DNA of 64,000 nucleotides from Phycisphaerae bacterium (GTDB lineage Bacteria; Planctomycetota; Phycisphaerae; UBA1845), in assembly GCA_963666835.2 (NCBI GenBank), contig CAXXGO010000003.1, forward strand, positions 576,001-640,000. Reading direction: 5' to 3'. Each line of letters begins with the position of its first letter. The stretch's first letter is position 1. The notes beneath the pieces were generated by a model. It was not told the origin of the DNA, ran no database searches, and saw only the letters and a program-made list of their open reading frames with translations. Made by a program: the position numbers and the translations under genes. Positions 19,343 to 27,444 of the stretch are shown here, piece after piece.

Positions 19343-21466
19343 GTGGAGATGCGTTCTACAACCTATGCGTTAGCGCTTTTGATGGCCCTGTCTCTGGTCG
19401 GCTTTGCCAGTGCCGATCCCCCGGTGCGAGACCACGAGATCGAGCCGGACGACTACTTTGCCATTGGCGTAATCACCGGCTGCTACCCGTCGCCGGACGG
19501 AACCTACGTTGCCTACACCGAAAGCCGCTGGGATCCGATCCCCGGCAAACGCGAGCTGGACCTCTGGGTAGTAGAGGTGGCCACGAAGTCCGTTCGGCGT
19601 TTGACTCTCGACTGGGCCTCGGACAGCTCTCCGAAGTGGAGCCCCGACGGGAAATACATCTACTTCGGCAGCGCGCGCAAACGCGCCGGCGAGACGGACC
19701 CGCCGTGCAACGGCAAGAGACAGGTCTGGCGGGTGTCGCCCGAGGGCGGTCCCATTATGCCGGTGACCCGCGTCGCCAGCGGAATCGGGATGTTCGACCT
19801 CTCCGCCGATGGGAACTCCGTCTACTACACGACCACGAAGAAACACATAGAAGATGAATGGAAGAGTCTGCGCAGCCAGTACGGCGATCTCGAATACGGC
19901 CACGGCGTAAACGACTTCTCCCAGGTCTGGAAAATGGACCTGAAGCACTGGTGGGCCGAGAAGCTCGTTGATGAGAACCGGGTCATCTACTCCATGGCCG
20001 TATCGCCGGACGAGCGGCGTATCGCCATGCTCACTACGCCCGACGATACGCTCTTGACCCGCGAAGGTTGGTCCCGGGTGGACGTCTACGATACGCAAGA
20101 CAAGGAATATGCAGTCCTGACCGGAGAGAGTTTCCGTGACGACCACCCGTCGCCGTACTCGTGGTTTGCGGGTCTGGCCTGGTCGGCGGACAGCGAAGCC
20201 CTGGCGTTTTCGATCGGATTCGACGGCTTCCCGTCTCAGGTCTACGTTGCGGAGTGGGTAAACGAGCACAATTCGATATGGCGGCTGTCGCGTCCGAAGG
20301 GTGTGGAAGTCAGCGGCGGTACGGTCGCGTGGCGCGGCAATTCTCGTGATTTGTGCTTCTCTGCGGAAGAGAAGGCTCGGTCACGGGTCTATTGCGTTGC
20401 GGATGTTGACGGCGGTCGCCAGGGCAAGTCCGCGAACTGGACGCCGGGCGACATCGTTACTCACGGGTTCGGGTTTCCCCCGTCGGGTGGACCGCTTGCG
20501 GTGGTCCTGAGCACCACCACGCAACCGCGAGATATCTTCCTGCTGGAAAAGCCCGGCGAATTCGAGCAGTTGACCAAGGCCAATCCGCAGGTTGATACCT
20601 GGATACTGCCGCAGATTTCCATCGTCTCCTGGGAAGGAGCCAACGGCGATACGGTGGAGGGTATTCTCGAACTGCCGCCCAACTATAAGGCCGATGATGG
20701 TCCCCTGCCCATGGTCGTGGAACTGCACGGCGGACCGACCTCGGCCACGATGTTCCGGATGCGCCTTTGGATCTACGGCCGCACCCTGCTGGCCGCCAAG
20801 GGATACGCTTTGCTGAGCCCGAACTATCGCGGATCCACCGGGTACGGCGACGACTTCATGACCGACCTGATTGGTCGCGAGAATGACATTGAGGTCGAGG
20901 ACATTCTCAAGGGCGTGGATGCGATGGTCGAAAGGGGCATTGCCGATCCCGAGCGCCTCGGCGTGATGGGATGGAGCAATGGCGGTTTTCTCGTCAATGC
21001 CCTGATCACCAAGACCGACCGCTTCAAGGCGGCCAGCTCCGGAGCCGGCGTGCTCGATATGGTGATTCAGTGGGGTACGGAAGACACTCCGGGTCACGTC
21101 ATTAACTACATGAACGGTGCCCTGCCGTGGGATGACCCGGAGCACTATCGGAAATCGTCACCGATCTACGATCTCCATAAGGTGCGAACTCCGACGATCA
21201 TTCACGTGGGCGGCGCCGATCCGCGAGTTCCCGCAGCCCACAGTCGCGCCTTGTACCGCGCGTTGCGGCACTACCTCGATGTGCCGGTCGAGTTGGTCGT
21301 TTATCCGAACATGGGGCACGGGCTTACCAAATACGAATACCGCAAGGCCAAGATGATGTGGGACCTGGCCTGGTTCGACAAATACCTGCTCGGCAAGACC
21401 GGGGAAGAGACCGAAGAAGAAGCCGAGGAAGAAACCGAACAGCCGGACGAGGTGATCGAAGAGTAG
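19343..21466 (+). CDS. Secreted S9 family peptidase (prolyl oligopeptidase/acylaminoacyl peptidase)
   Basis: SPDG propeller repeats, HGGP, NYRGSTGYG, GWSNGG, DPRVP, GHG. Confidence 0.93.
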   Translation: MEMRSTTYALALLMALSLVGFASADPPVRDHEIEPDDYFAIGVITGCYPSPDGTYVAYTESRWDPIPGKRELDLWVVEVATKSVRRLTLDWASDSSPKWSPDGKYIYFGSARKRAGETDPPCNGKRQVWRVSPEGGPIMPVTRVASGIGMFDLSADGNSVYYTTTKKHIEDEWKSLRSQYGDLEYGHGVNDFSQVWKMDLKHWWAEKLVDENRVIYSMAVSPDERRIAMLTTPDDTLLTREGWSRVDVYDTQDKEYAVLTGESFRDDHPSPYSWFAGLAWSADSEALAFSIGFDGFPSQVYVAEWVNEHNSIWRLSRPKGVEVSGGTVAWRGNSRDLCFSAEEKARSRVYCVADVDGGRQGKSANWTPGDIVTHGFGFPPSGGPLAVVLSTTTQPRDIFLLEKPGEFEQLTKANPQVDTWILPQISIVSWEGANGDTVEGILELPPNYKADDGPLPMVVELHGGPTSATMFRMRLWIYGRTLLAAKGYALLSPNYRGSTGYGDDFMTDLIGRENDIEVEDILKGVDAMVERGIADPERLGVMGWSNGGFLVNALITKTDRFKAASSGAGVLDMVIQWGTEDTPGHVINYMNGALPWDDPEHYRKSSPIYDLHKVRTPTIIHVGGADPRVPAAHSRALYRALRHYLDVPVELVVYPNMGHGLTKYEYRKAKMMWDLAWFDKYLLGKTGEETEEEAEEETEQPDEVIEE

Positions 21467-21497
21467 AAGTCGGGGGCCGAGTCCTTCGAAATCGAAC

Positions 21498-21542
21498 AAG
21501 CCCCGCCCCGCCAAGCGTATAGCCTGCGGGGCGGGGCTTTGT
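21498..21542 (+). terminator. Rho-independent terminator
   Basis: AAGCCCCGCCCCGC-loop-GCGGGGCGGGGCTT followed by TGT, after the S9 gene. Confidence 0.75.
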
Positions 21543-21616
21543 GGATCGCTGGTGCGTAGTTTCAACCGAACCGGCAGTGCTTGCTGCGGCGTCGGGCAGC
21601 GTTGAGGGCAAAGGGT

Positions 21617-22396
21617 ATGAGATCCCAGACGAAAAGCTCGCTTCTCGTTTCGTTCATCGTATCGATCGCGCTTTGTGGTGTTGTGGGGATCTACTGCCTG
21701 CTTTGCGCCCGGATAGGCTGGATCGAGGAGAAGATCCTCGGCACCACGGCCGCTATCGGGGGAGCGTCGCTTATGGGATTGGCAAGTGCCGCAGCCTGGG
21801 AACGCCATCGTTGGCACCCGATCGGGCCGGCCGGCATTATGGCCGCCGCTGCCGCGTTGGCGCTGATCCTGGTGGGGATATGGCTCGAACCAAGCTGGCG
21901 GAACGAGATCTTCTGGAAAACGATGGCGGTTGCATGTGTTGCCGGCGTGGCCCTGCCTACTCTCGGCTTGTTGTCGACCGCGCGTTTGCGGCGCGAGTAC
22001 GGGTGGGTACGCCGGGTAACGGTCATGGTTGTCACCATACTCGCCGGGCAGATTGCCTTTACATTTATCGCTGAAGTCGACGACGAGGTCTGGGGCCGGA
22101 TGATGGGCATCCTGGCGATTGCGTCGGTTTGCGGAGTCATCGCGGTTCCAATCCTGCACCGAGTCTCGGCCCTGCGTACAACCGAGGAAGTCCGCACCTT
22201 CGAGTCTACGCTGTCACTCACGTGCCCGCGGTGCAAGACGGTTCAAGACCTTCCGACCGGCCGGGCACGTTGCCGTGAATGCAAGCTGCGGATCAACATC
22301 GAAATCGAAGAGGAGCAGTGCCGATCATGCGGGTACCCGCTATATCGGCTTACCTCGGATGTTTGCCCGGAGTGTGGTACGCCGCTGACCGCGTGA
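21617..22396 (+). CDS. Membrane protein with C-terminal double zinc ribbon
   Basis: About 6 TM segments, then CPRC..CREC and CRSCGYPL..CPECG. Confidence 0.7.
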   Translation: MRSQTKSSLLVSFIVSIALCGVVGIYCLLCARIGWIEEKILGTTAAIGGASLMGLASAAAWERHRWHPIGPAGIMAAAAALALILVGIWLEPSWRNEIFWKTMAVACVAGVALPTLGLLSTARLRREYGWVRRVTVMVVTILAGQIAFTFIAEVDDEVWGRMMGILAIASVCGVIAVPILHRVSALRTTEEVRTFESTLSLTCPRCKTVQDLPTGRARCRECKLRINIEIEEEQCRSCGYPLYRLTSDVCPECGTPLTA

Positions 22397-22450
22397 TTGG
22401 CGGGCGTCCCGTGATCGCTCTGGCGTTTTCGGGTCACGCGGACGGGACCT

Positions 22451-22670
22451 AGCCCGAAGGGCTGTAAGATAGTAGCCGTGGGCAAGCGCAGCGCCGCCCA
22501 CGGACGTGGGCTACGCGCAGTCCTTTCGACCCTGAAAGGTGTCGCATCGAACGCGTCGAAGGATCGAGAACCTGTACGCCCCATTCTGGGTTGGGTTTCT
22601 TCATCGACGCTATCCGGTGGCGGCGCTGCGCACGCTACGGGCTACTTCCTAACTAACAGGCCTTCGGCCT
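22451..22670. repeat. About 220-bp palindromic non-autonomous element (MITE/REPIN-like)
   Basis: Terminal inverted repeats AGCCCGAAGGGCTGT / ACAGGCCTTCGGCCT (13 of 15 match) and an inner inverted pair GCGCAGCGCCGCC / GGCGGCGCTGCGC. Confidence 0.7.
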
Positions 22671-22730
22671 GAGGGGGGTGGTCGCCCGGGTTCAAGATGC
22701 GTTTTGCCGAACGCCTGCAACAGCCGAGCC

Positions 22731-24911
22731 CTACCGCGGCCCGGTGGGGTTCTTCTCGGGGATCGGCGTGAACGACACTGTCCCGCTCTTGCGATCCACG
22801 CCGATGCTGCAATTGCGAACCTTCGGGTTGAGCGAGTCGGGTTCATCGAGCCAGGTGGTGTTGTCGAATCCGCCGAACGGCTGCGGTGCGACCTCGGCAC
22901 CTTCCTTGTCGCCGTCGCCTTCCTTCGGCTCTGGTGGTGGTAGTGTCGCGTATGTGTCAGTACCTCCCACATCAAGGAAAAGTGCCATGGAGCTGCTGTC
23001 CGTCCAATAGCTGCTGATCTCGTCGACCTCTTGGAAGCGGTCGTAATACATCGCCATGCCGGGCCGGTGGTTGACCTGGCCGCGATAGACGTCGTCCCCG
23101 CCCACATCTATCAGTCCGGAGAAGCTTCGGTTGATCGAGTAGCTCAGCCCGTCCCCTTTGAGCTCGTAGATGTCGTTGCCGCCGACGTTGACCAGCAAAC
23201 CAATCGTGAAGTCGTGCCCCCAGCCGATCGACATGTTGGACGTAGCCTCGCCGATGTGCAGGTCGTCCCCCGCCTCGTCGACCAGGGCACCGATACAAAA
23301 ATGCGCCCCGGTGCCCTGCGAATAGCACACCCCGCGATATTCGTCGTTGCCGGCGCCGTCGTGGAGGATCCCGGTGCCGAACCAGTAGCCCGTGCCCATC
23401 GTCCAGTTGCCGGAGGTGTAGCGGTCGTGCCCTTCGCTATCGAGCAACGCTCCAAGCCCCCCCGCCCACGAATGCCCGTCGGCACCGTCGCCCCGCCGCC
23501 CCATCGCGCAGCCCTGGGCGTTATTGACGGTGATATCCTCCCCGGGCGAATGGTACGAAGGCCGACCGGTGATCTTCGCGTCGCGTACTGCCGTATACGT
23601 GTCATCGCCCATGCGGTCGGCCAGCACTCCCACGCCGCCGACCCCGCCGAGCCCCTGTCCGTCCGCGTAAAGCACGTATTGGTCATCCCCGGCGCTGTCG
23701 AACATCAACCCGACCCCGAAATAGCCGCAGCCCTGCCCGGAGTACTTGACGAAATAGCGATCCCGGCCGCCCAGGTCAGCGCAGAGCCCCATGCCGAATT
23801 GTCCGACCCCCTGGGCGTAGCGTGTTGCTTCGTAGTTGTCGTTTCCCCCCGCATCAAGTAACATACCCACTCCGCACAGCCCGGCTCCCTGCGCCGGGCC
23901 GGTTGACTCGTAAAGGTCATTCCCGCCGCAATCGAGCAGTAGGCCGATCAACCGCTCACCGGAAGAAGCCGCCACCGAACCGGTGTAATGGTCGTCGCCG
24001 CCCAGATCGACAACCAACAGAGTGTCAGTTCCGTCGACCTTATCCGCCCCACCCCCGCGGATCCGAATCCAACCCCACGGAGTCTCCCAGTCGAACGAGA
24101 ACTCCGGCGCCGGGTCCAACCCGGAGAGTGCCAGCCGAGCGTCGTCGAGGGCCTGCACACATTTCTCGCCCGCATACCACAGGCTGGCTTCGTCCCACGT
24201 TTGGGCGACGTCGTCGACTTCCGGGCAGTAGTCGAACGCGTCGACCTGTTCTTCCCCGATATTCAGACGGCGCGTAACCGCCAGGCGCTTCTTGGCATCC
24301 ACGTTGCGAAAGGCCAGCTCCGCCCAGTGGTGCGCGTCAACGATATTGAGCACCAGTTGACCCAGCACCTGCCGCGCAGGCTCGGGAATAACCGCGACTT
24401 TGGCCGCAAGGTCCTCGGCCAGGAGCGGGTACGGTGAATCGGAAGCGAAAGTAACAAATCTCGTCGGCCGACCGGCCGCGCGGTGCAGAGTGAGGATCGC
24501 TTCGTCCAACGGCGTTAGGGGCGCCGTGAGATTAGCCGAGTACCCGCGAAGAGCCCCGAACTTCGGATTCGTCCCCAGTCGGTGTACGGCATGAAAGAGA
24601 TGCCCTACGCCCCGTGCCGGCTCGGCGTCCAGCACCGCGGGGTCCAGATTCGTACGTGCTTCATTGGCCAGAGCCCGCGCATAAGCAATGGTATCCAGCG
24701 GTGCCGCGAACAGAGAATCGAACGCCCGAAGCTTGTACGGAATATCCGCGGGAAAGCGCATCCACCAGCCGTGGGGGCGCCAGCCCAGATCGGCGCGAGT
24801 CATGCCCACGGCCGCGAGCGTTTCATCCAGGGCGTCGCCCTTCTCGGCGTAGGTTGCGGAGGACGAAAGAGCCCCGGCCACGATTGCGATAATCAGATGT
24901 CTTGCGTTCAT
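22731..24911 (-). CDS. Secreted protein with 12 DxxGxDxY glycine-rich repeats
   Basis: Signal peptide; about 25-aa repeat (L)DxxG(D/N)DxY...QGxG..GxGxL. Confidence 0.75.
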   Translation of the reverse strand: MNARHLIIAIVAGALSSSATYAEKGDALDETLAAVGMTRADLGWRPHGWWMRFPADIPYKLRAFDSLFAAPLDTIAYARALANEARTNLDPAVLDAEPARGVGHLFHAVHRLGTNPKFGALRGYSANLTAPLTPLDEAILTLHRAAGRPTRFVTFASDSPYPLLAEDLAAKVAVIPEPARQVLGQLVLNIVDAHHWAELAFRNVDAKKRLAVTRRLNIGEEQVDAFDYCPEVDDVAQTWDEASLWYAGEKCVQALDDARLALSGLDPAPEFSFDWETPWGWIRIRGGGADKVDGTDTLLVVDLGGDDHYTGSVAASSGERLIGLLLDCGGNDLYESTGPAQGAGLCGVGMLLDAGGNDNYEATRYAQGVGQFGMGLCADLGGRDRYFVKYSGQGCGYFGVGLMFDSAGDDQYVLYADGQGLGGVGGVGVLADRMGDDTYTAVRDAKITGRPSYHSPGEDITVNNAQGCAMGRRGDGADGHSWAGGLGALLDSEGHDRYTSGNWTMGTGYWFGTGILHDGAGNDEYRGVCYSQGTGAHFCIGALVDEAGDDLHIGEATSNMSIGWGHDFTIGLLVNVGGNDIYELKGDGLSYSINRSFSGLIDVGGDDVYRGQVNHRPGMAMYYDRFQEVDEISSYWTDSSSMALFLDVGGTDTYATLPPPEPKEGDGDKEGAEVAPQPFGGFDNTTWLDEPDSLNPKVRNCSIGVDRKSGTVSFTPIPEKNPTGPR

Positions 24912-25038
24912 TCCCGGTGTCTACCCGTAAACGCGTCGGTCGACAAGCCGCGTCAGACGCTTCGGGGAGTCATGGTGCGGGCGAAGGGATAGCCGGGACC
25001 CTGGGCAATCGACTCGTTGGTCGTACAATCGCGGTCGA

Positions 25039-25470
25039 ATGTGCGATTGGACCGAAGCCGACATCTCAGGGATCTCTGAAGAGGACTTTCCGGTCCGGTG
25101 TGACCGGTGCGGCCGCCTTCTTACCGGGTTGGGCGATTCCGGGCGATGCCCCCAGTGCGCGACGGCCTTCGTTCGCAGGCAGCGTCTGTGGGAGACGCAC
25201 GGCGCCGAGGCGTTCGCCACGCCGCCGATTACGGAAACGGAGCAGCCGGATCGAGGTTTCATCACCGTGACGCTGACCGTGGTGGGAATGACGCTCCTAC
25301 TGCCCGCCATCCTGCTGGCGTGGGACGTCGTGTTCGGCACATTCGATCTGTGCTTCGGCCTGTTCGCGTGGTTGTCGGTTGTATCCGCGATTGCATGGCT
25401 GGTTTTCGTTCGGCATGGAAGATCCAACCCGCCTGAACCACCGAACGACGGATCCGGCCCGCCTCCGTAG
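25039..25470 (+). CDS. Small membrane protein with N-terminal zinc ribbon
   Basis: CDRCGRLLTGL...RCPQC followed by two TM segments. Confidence 0.6.
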   Translation: MCDWTEADISGISEEDFPVRCDRCGRLLTGLGDSGRCPQCATAFVRRQRLWETHGAEAFATPPITETEQPDRGFITVTLTVVGMTLLLPAILLAWDVVFGTFDLCFGLFAWLSVVSAIAWLVFVRHGRSNPPEPPNDGSGPPP

Positions 25471-25509
25471 AGAGTAAGCAGTACGGCAGGTCAATGACCT
25501 GGTCTACAG

Positions 25510-26994
25510 CTACGGGGCGGAAAGCGCGTTGGCGAACGCGGCTACGTCGGTCAGGTCGACATCGTCATCGTCCGTGTCGAACGCGAAAAGACATGCATCC
25601 ACACACTCCGGCGCAGCCGGCGACGGCCCCTCCCCGGGCCCCGCCAGGCAATCCACCAAGGCCGCGTAATCGTCCAGATCGACGTCATCGTCCGAATCGA
25701 AATCCCCGCCCTCCATAACGTCGCAGAAATCCGGGGCGAAGTTCTCGTTACAGTCAATTGACAAACCGGCAAACTCATACACCGACCCGGAGTCGGCCCC
25801 GTTATCGTCATCCCCGTAGGTCGCTGCCAACCCTATGTCAGCGGATACCGCCACCGCCGTACCCAGACGGTCTTCCACCGCTGCATCGGCCGCGATCAGC
25901 TTGGCCGTCTCGCCCCAGCCCGTGCCGTCGTAAGTGAACAGGTACGCCGCGCCGGAATCCTCACCGCCGCAATCCTGATCCGGCGCCCCGATCATCGCCG
26001 CATCACCGAAAGCCGCCACCGCAAGACCAAAGGAATCACCCGCCGCCCCGTCTTCGGCCACGAGCTTCGCCTCCTCGTCCCACGAGTCTCCGTCATACCT
26101 GAAAACATAAGCCGATCCCGAGTCGGCCCCGTTATCGTCATCCTGGAAAGCTCCGATCACGGCCACGTCGCCGTCCACCGCCACGGAGTATCCGAAAGAG
26201 TCATCAACCGCCCCATCGCTCGCGGTCAGCTTAGCTTCTTCTTCCCAATCCACTCCGTCGAACGCAAAGACATACGCCGAGCCCGAGTTCAACCCGTTAT
26301 CATCATCCCAGCGAGCCCCGACAACCACTACGTTCCCGGAAACCGCCACCGAAATGCCGAACCAATCGTTCGCCGCCGCATCGGAAGCCGTAAGCTTGGC
26401 GTCCAATCCCCAGCTTCCCGCGTCGTAGCGATATACGTAGGCCGAACCCGACTCCGTCCCGGCATCGTCGTCGCGCCACGCCCCGACCACAACCACATCC
26501 CCGGATATCGCCACGCAGCGCCCGAACCAGTCGTACACCGCTCCGTCGTATGCCACAAGCTTGACATCCTGAACCCAGACATCTCCCAGGCGGCGAAAGA
26601 CGTAGGCGGCCCCGGCACGATCGGCCACATCACTGTTCCCGTACGCTCCGACAACCGCCACATCACCGTCCACCGCCACGGAATATCCGAAGGAGTCCCC
26701 GCTTTCCCCATCAGAAGCCCGCAGCTTGGCGTCCTCGACCCAGCCCTCTTCGGGATCGAACTGAAACACGTAGGCGGATCCGGAATTGCGGCCGTTGTCG
26801 TCGTCCATACTGGCCCCAACCACCGCGGTGTTCCCGGAAACGGACACGCTCATTCCGAATCGATCGAACGTGGAAGCGTCGGAGGCGGTCAACTTGGCCG
26901 ACTCCTCGGCTACGCATTCTCCGAACGCTCGCGGCCCGCCGGCCACCGTCAGCAGGACCACAAACCCAGCCGCCAGGGAAACTCTAATCGACAT
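25510..26994 (-). CDS. Secreted FG-GAP repeat seven-bladed beta-propeller with C-terminal dockerin-like domain
   Basis: 7 x KLxAxD...D.FG.SVA.SG...VVGA..DD..G..SGSAYVF; C-terminal DFDSDDDVDLDDY; AGGAGG RBS. Confidence 0.88.
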   Translation of the reverse strand: MSIRVSLAAGFVVLLTVAGGPRAFGECVAEESAKLTASDASTFDRFGMSVSVSGNTAVVGASMDDDNGRNSGSAYVFQFDPEEGWVEDAKLRASDGESGDSFGYSVAVDGDVAVVGAYGNSDVADRAGAAYVFRRLGDVWVQDVKLVAYDGAVYDWFGRCVAISGDVVVVGAWRDDDAGTESGSAYVYRYDAGSWGLDAKLTASDAAANDWFGISVAVSGNVVVVGARWDDDNGLNSGSAYVFAFDGVDWEEEAKLTASDGAVDDSFGYSVAVDGDVAVIGAFQDDDNGADSGSAYVFRYDGDSWDEEAKLVAEDGAAGDSFGLAVAAFGDAAMIGAPDQDCGGEDSGAAYLFTYDGTGWGETAKLIAADAAVEDRLGTAVAVSADIGLAATYGDDDNGADSGSVYEFAGLSIDCNENFAPDFCDVMEGGDFDSDDDVDLDDYAALVDCLAGPGEGPSPAAPECVDACLFAFDTDDDDVDLTDVAAFANALSAP

Positions 26995-27121
26995 CCCCCA
27001 ATCCTCCTGATAGACCCAAACCCCGCGGACTCCTCCGAGCCCCCCAAATGCGCACACAGACAACCCGAGTGTAATCCAAATTACCCGCCGGGTTCAAGGA
27101 CTAACCCGAACCTCGCACAAA

Positions 27122-27199
27122 CCCGCAGGGTCCGGCGTGCGGACGGCTTGCGTCAGCAGCGTTCTGCCGCGGTTTGGTACGCGGAGCGGACCTTACGGG
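27122..27199. repeat. Degenerate REP pair (GTAGGGTCCGC family)
   Basis: CCCGCAGGGTCCG...GCGGACCTTACGGG inverted ends, matching the REP at 29561. Confidence 0.6.
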
Positions 27200-27334
27200 C
27201 CATAACTCCCGTCAAACAGCAGAGTTACGGCAATCCCCCGCCGATGTCGGGAAGATCGCCGCTCCAACACCGCAGATGGCGGTCCCCATCCGAGCGATAC
27301 CCGCCGGGATTCTACTCAAACAAATAATCTTCAC

Positions 27335-27363
27335 TTGATTCCCTATGCGTGTAGCGGTACGAT
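27335..27363 (+). promoter_or_regulatory. Sigma70-type promoter
   Basis: TTGATT-N17-TACGAT. Confidence 0.55.
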
Positions 27364-27444
27364 ACAACCTGTTCGTCCGGCGAGCCGATAACGGCGGTTC
27401 GCTGCTCACGGAACGGGGAATCCAGACAAGGGGAGGGATACGTC

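Noticed and set aside
27365..27420. Hairpin in the leader of the beta-helix gene as a riboswitch
   Set aside because: Single imperfect stem with no recognisable aptamer consensus
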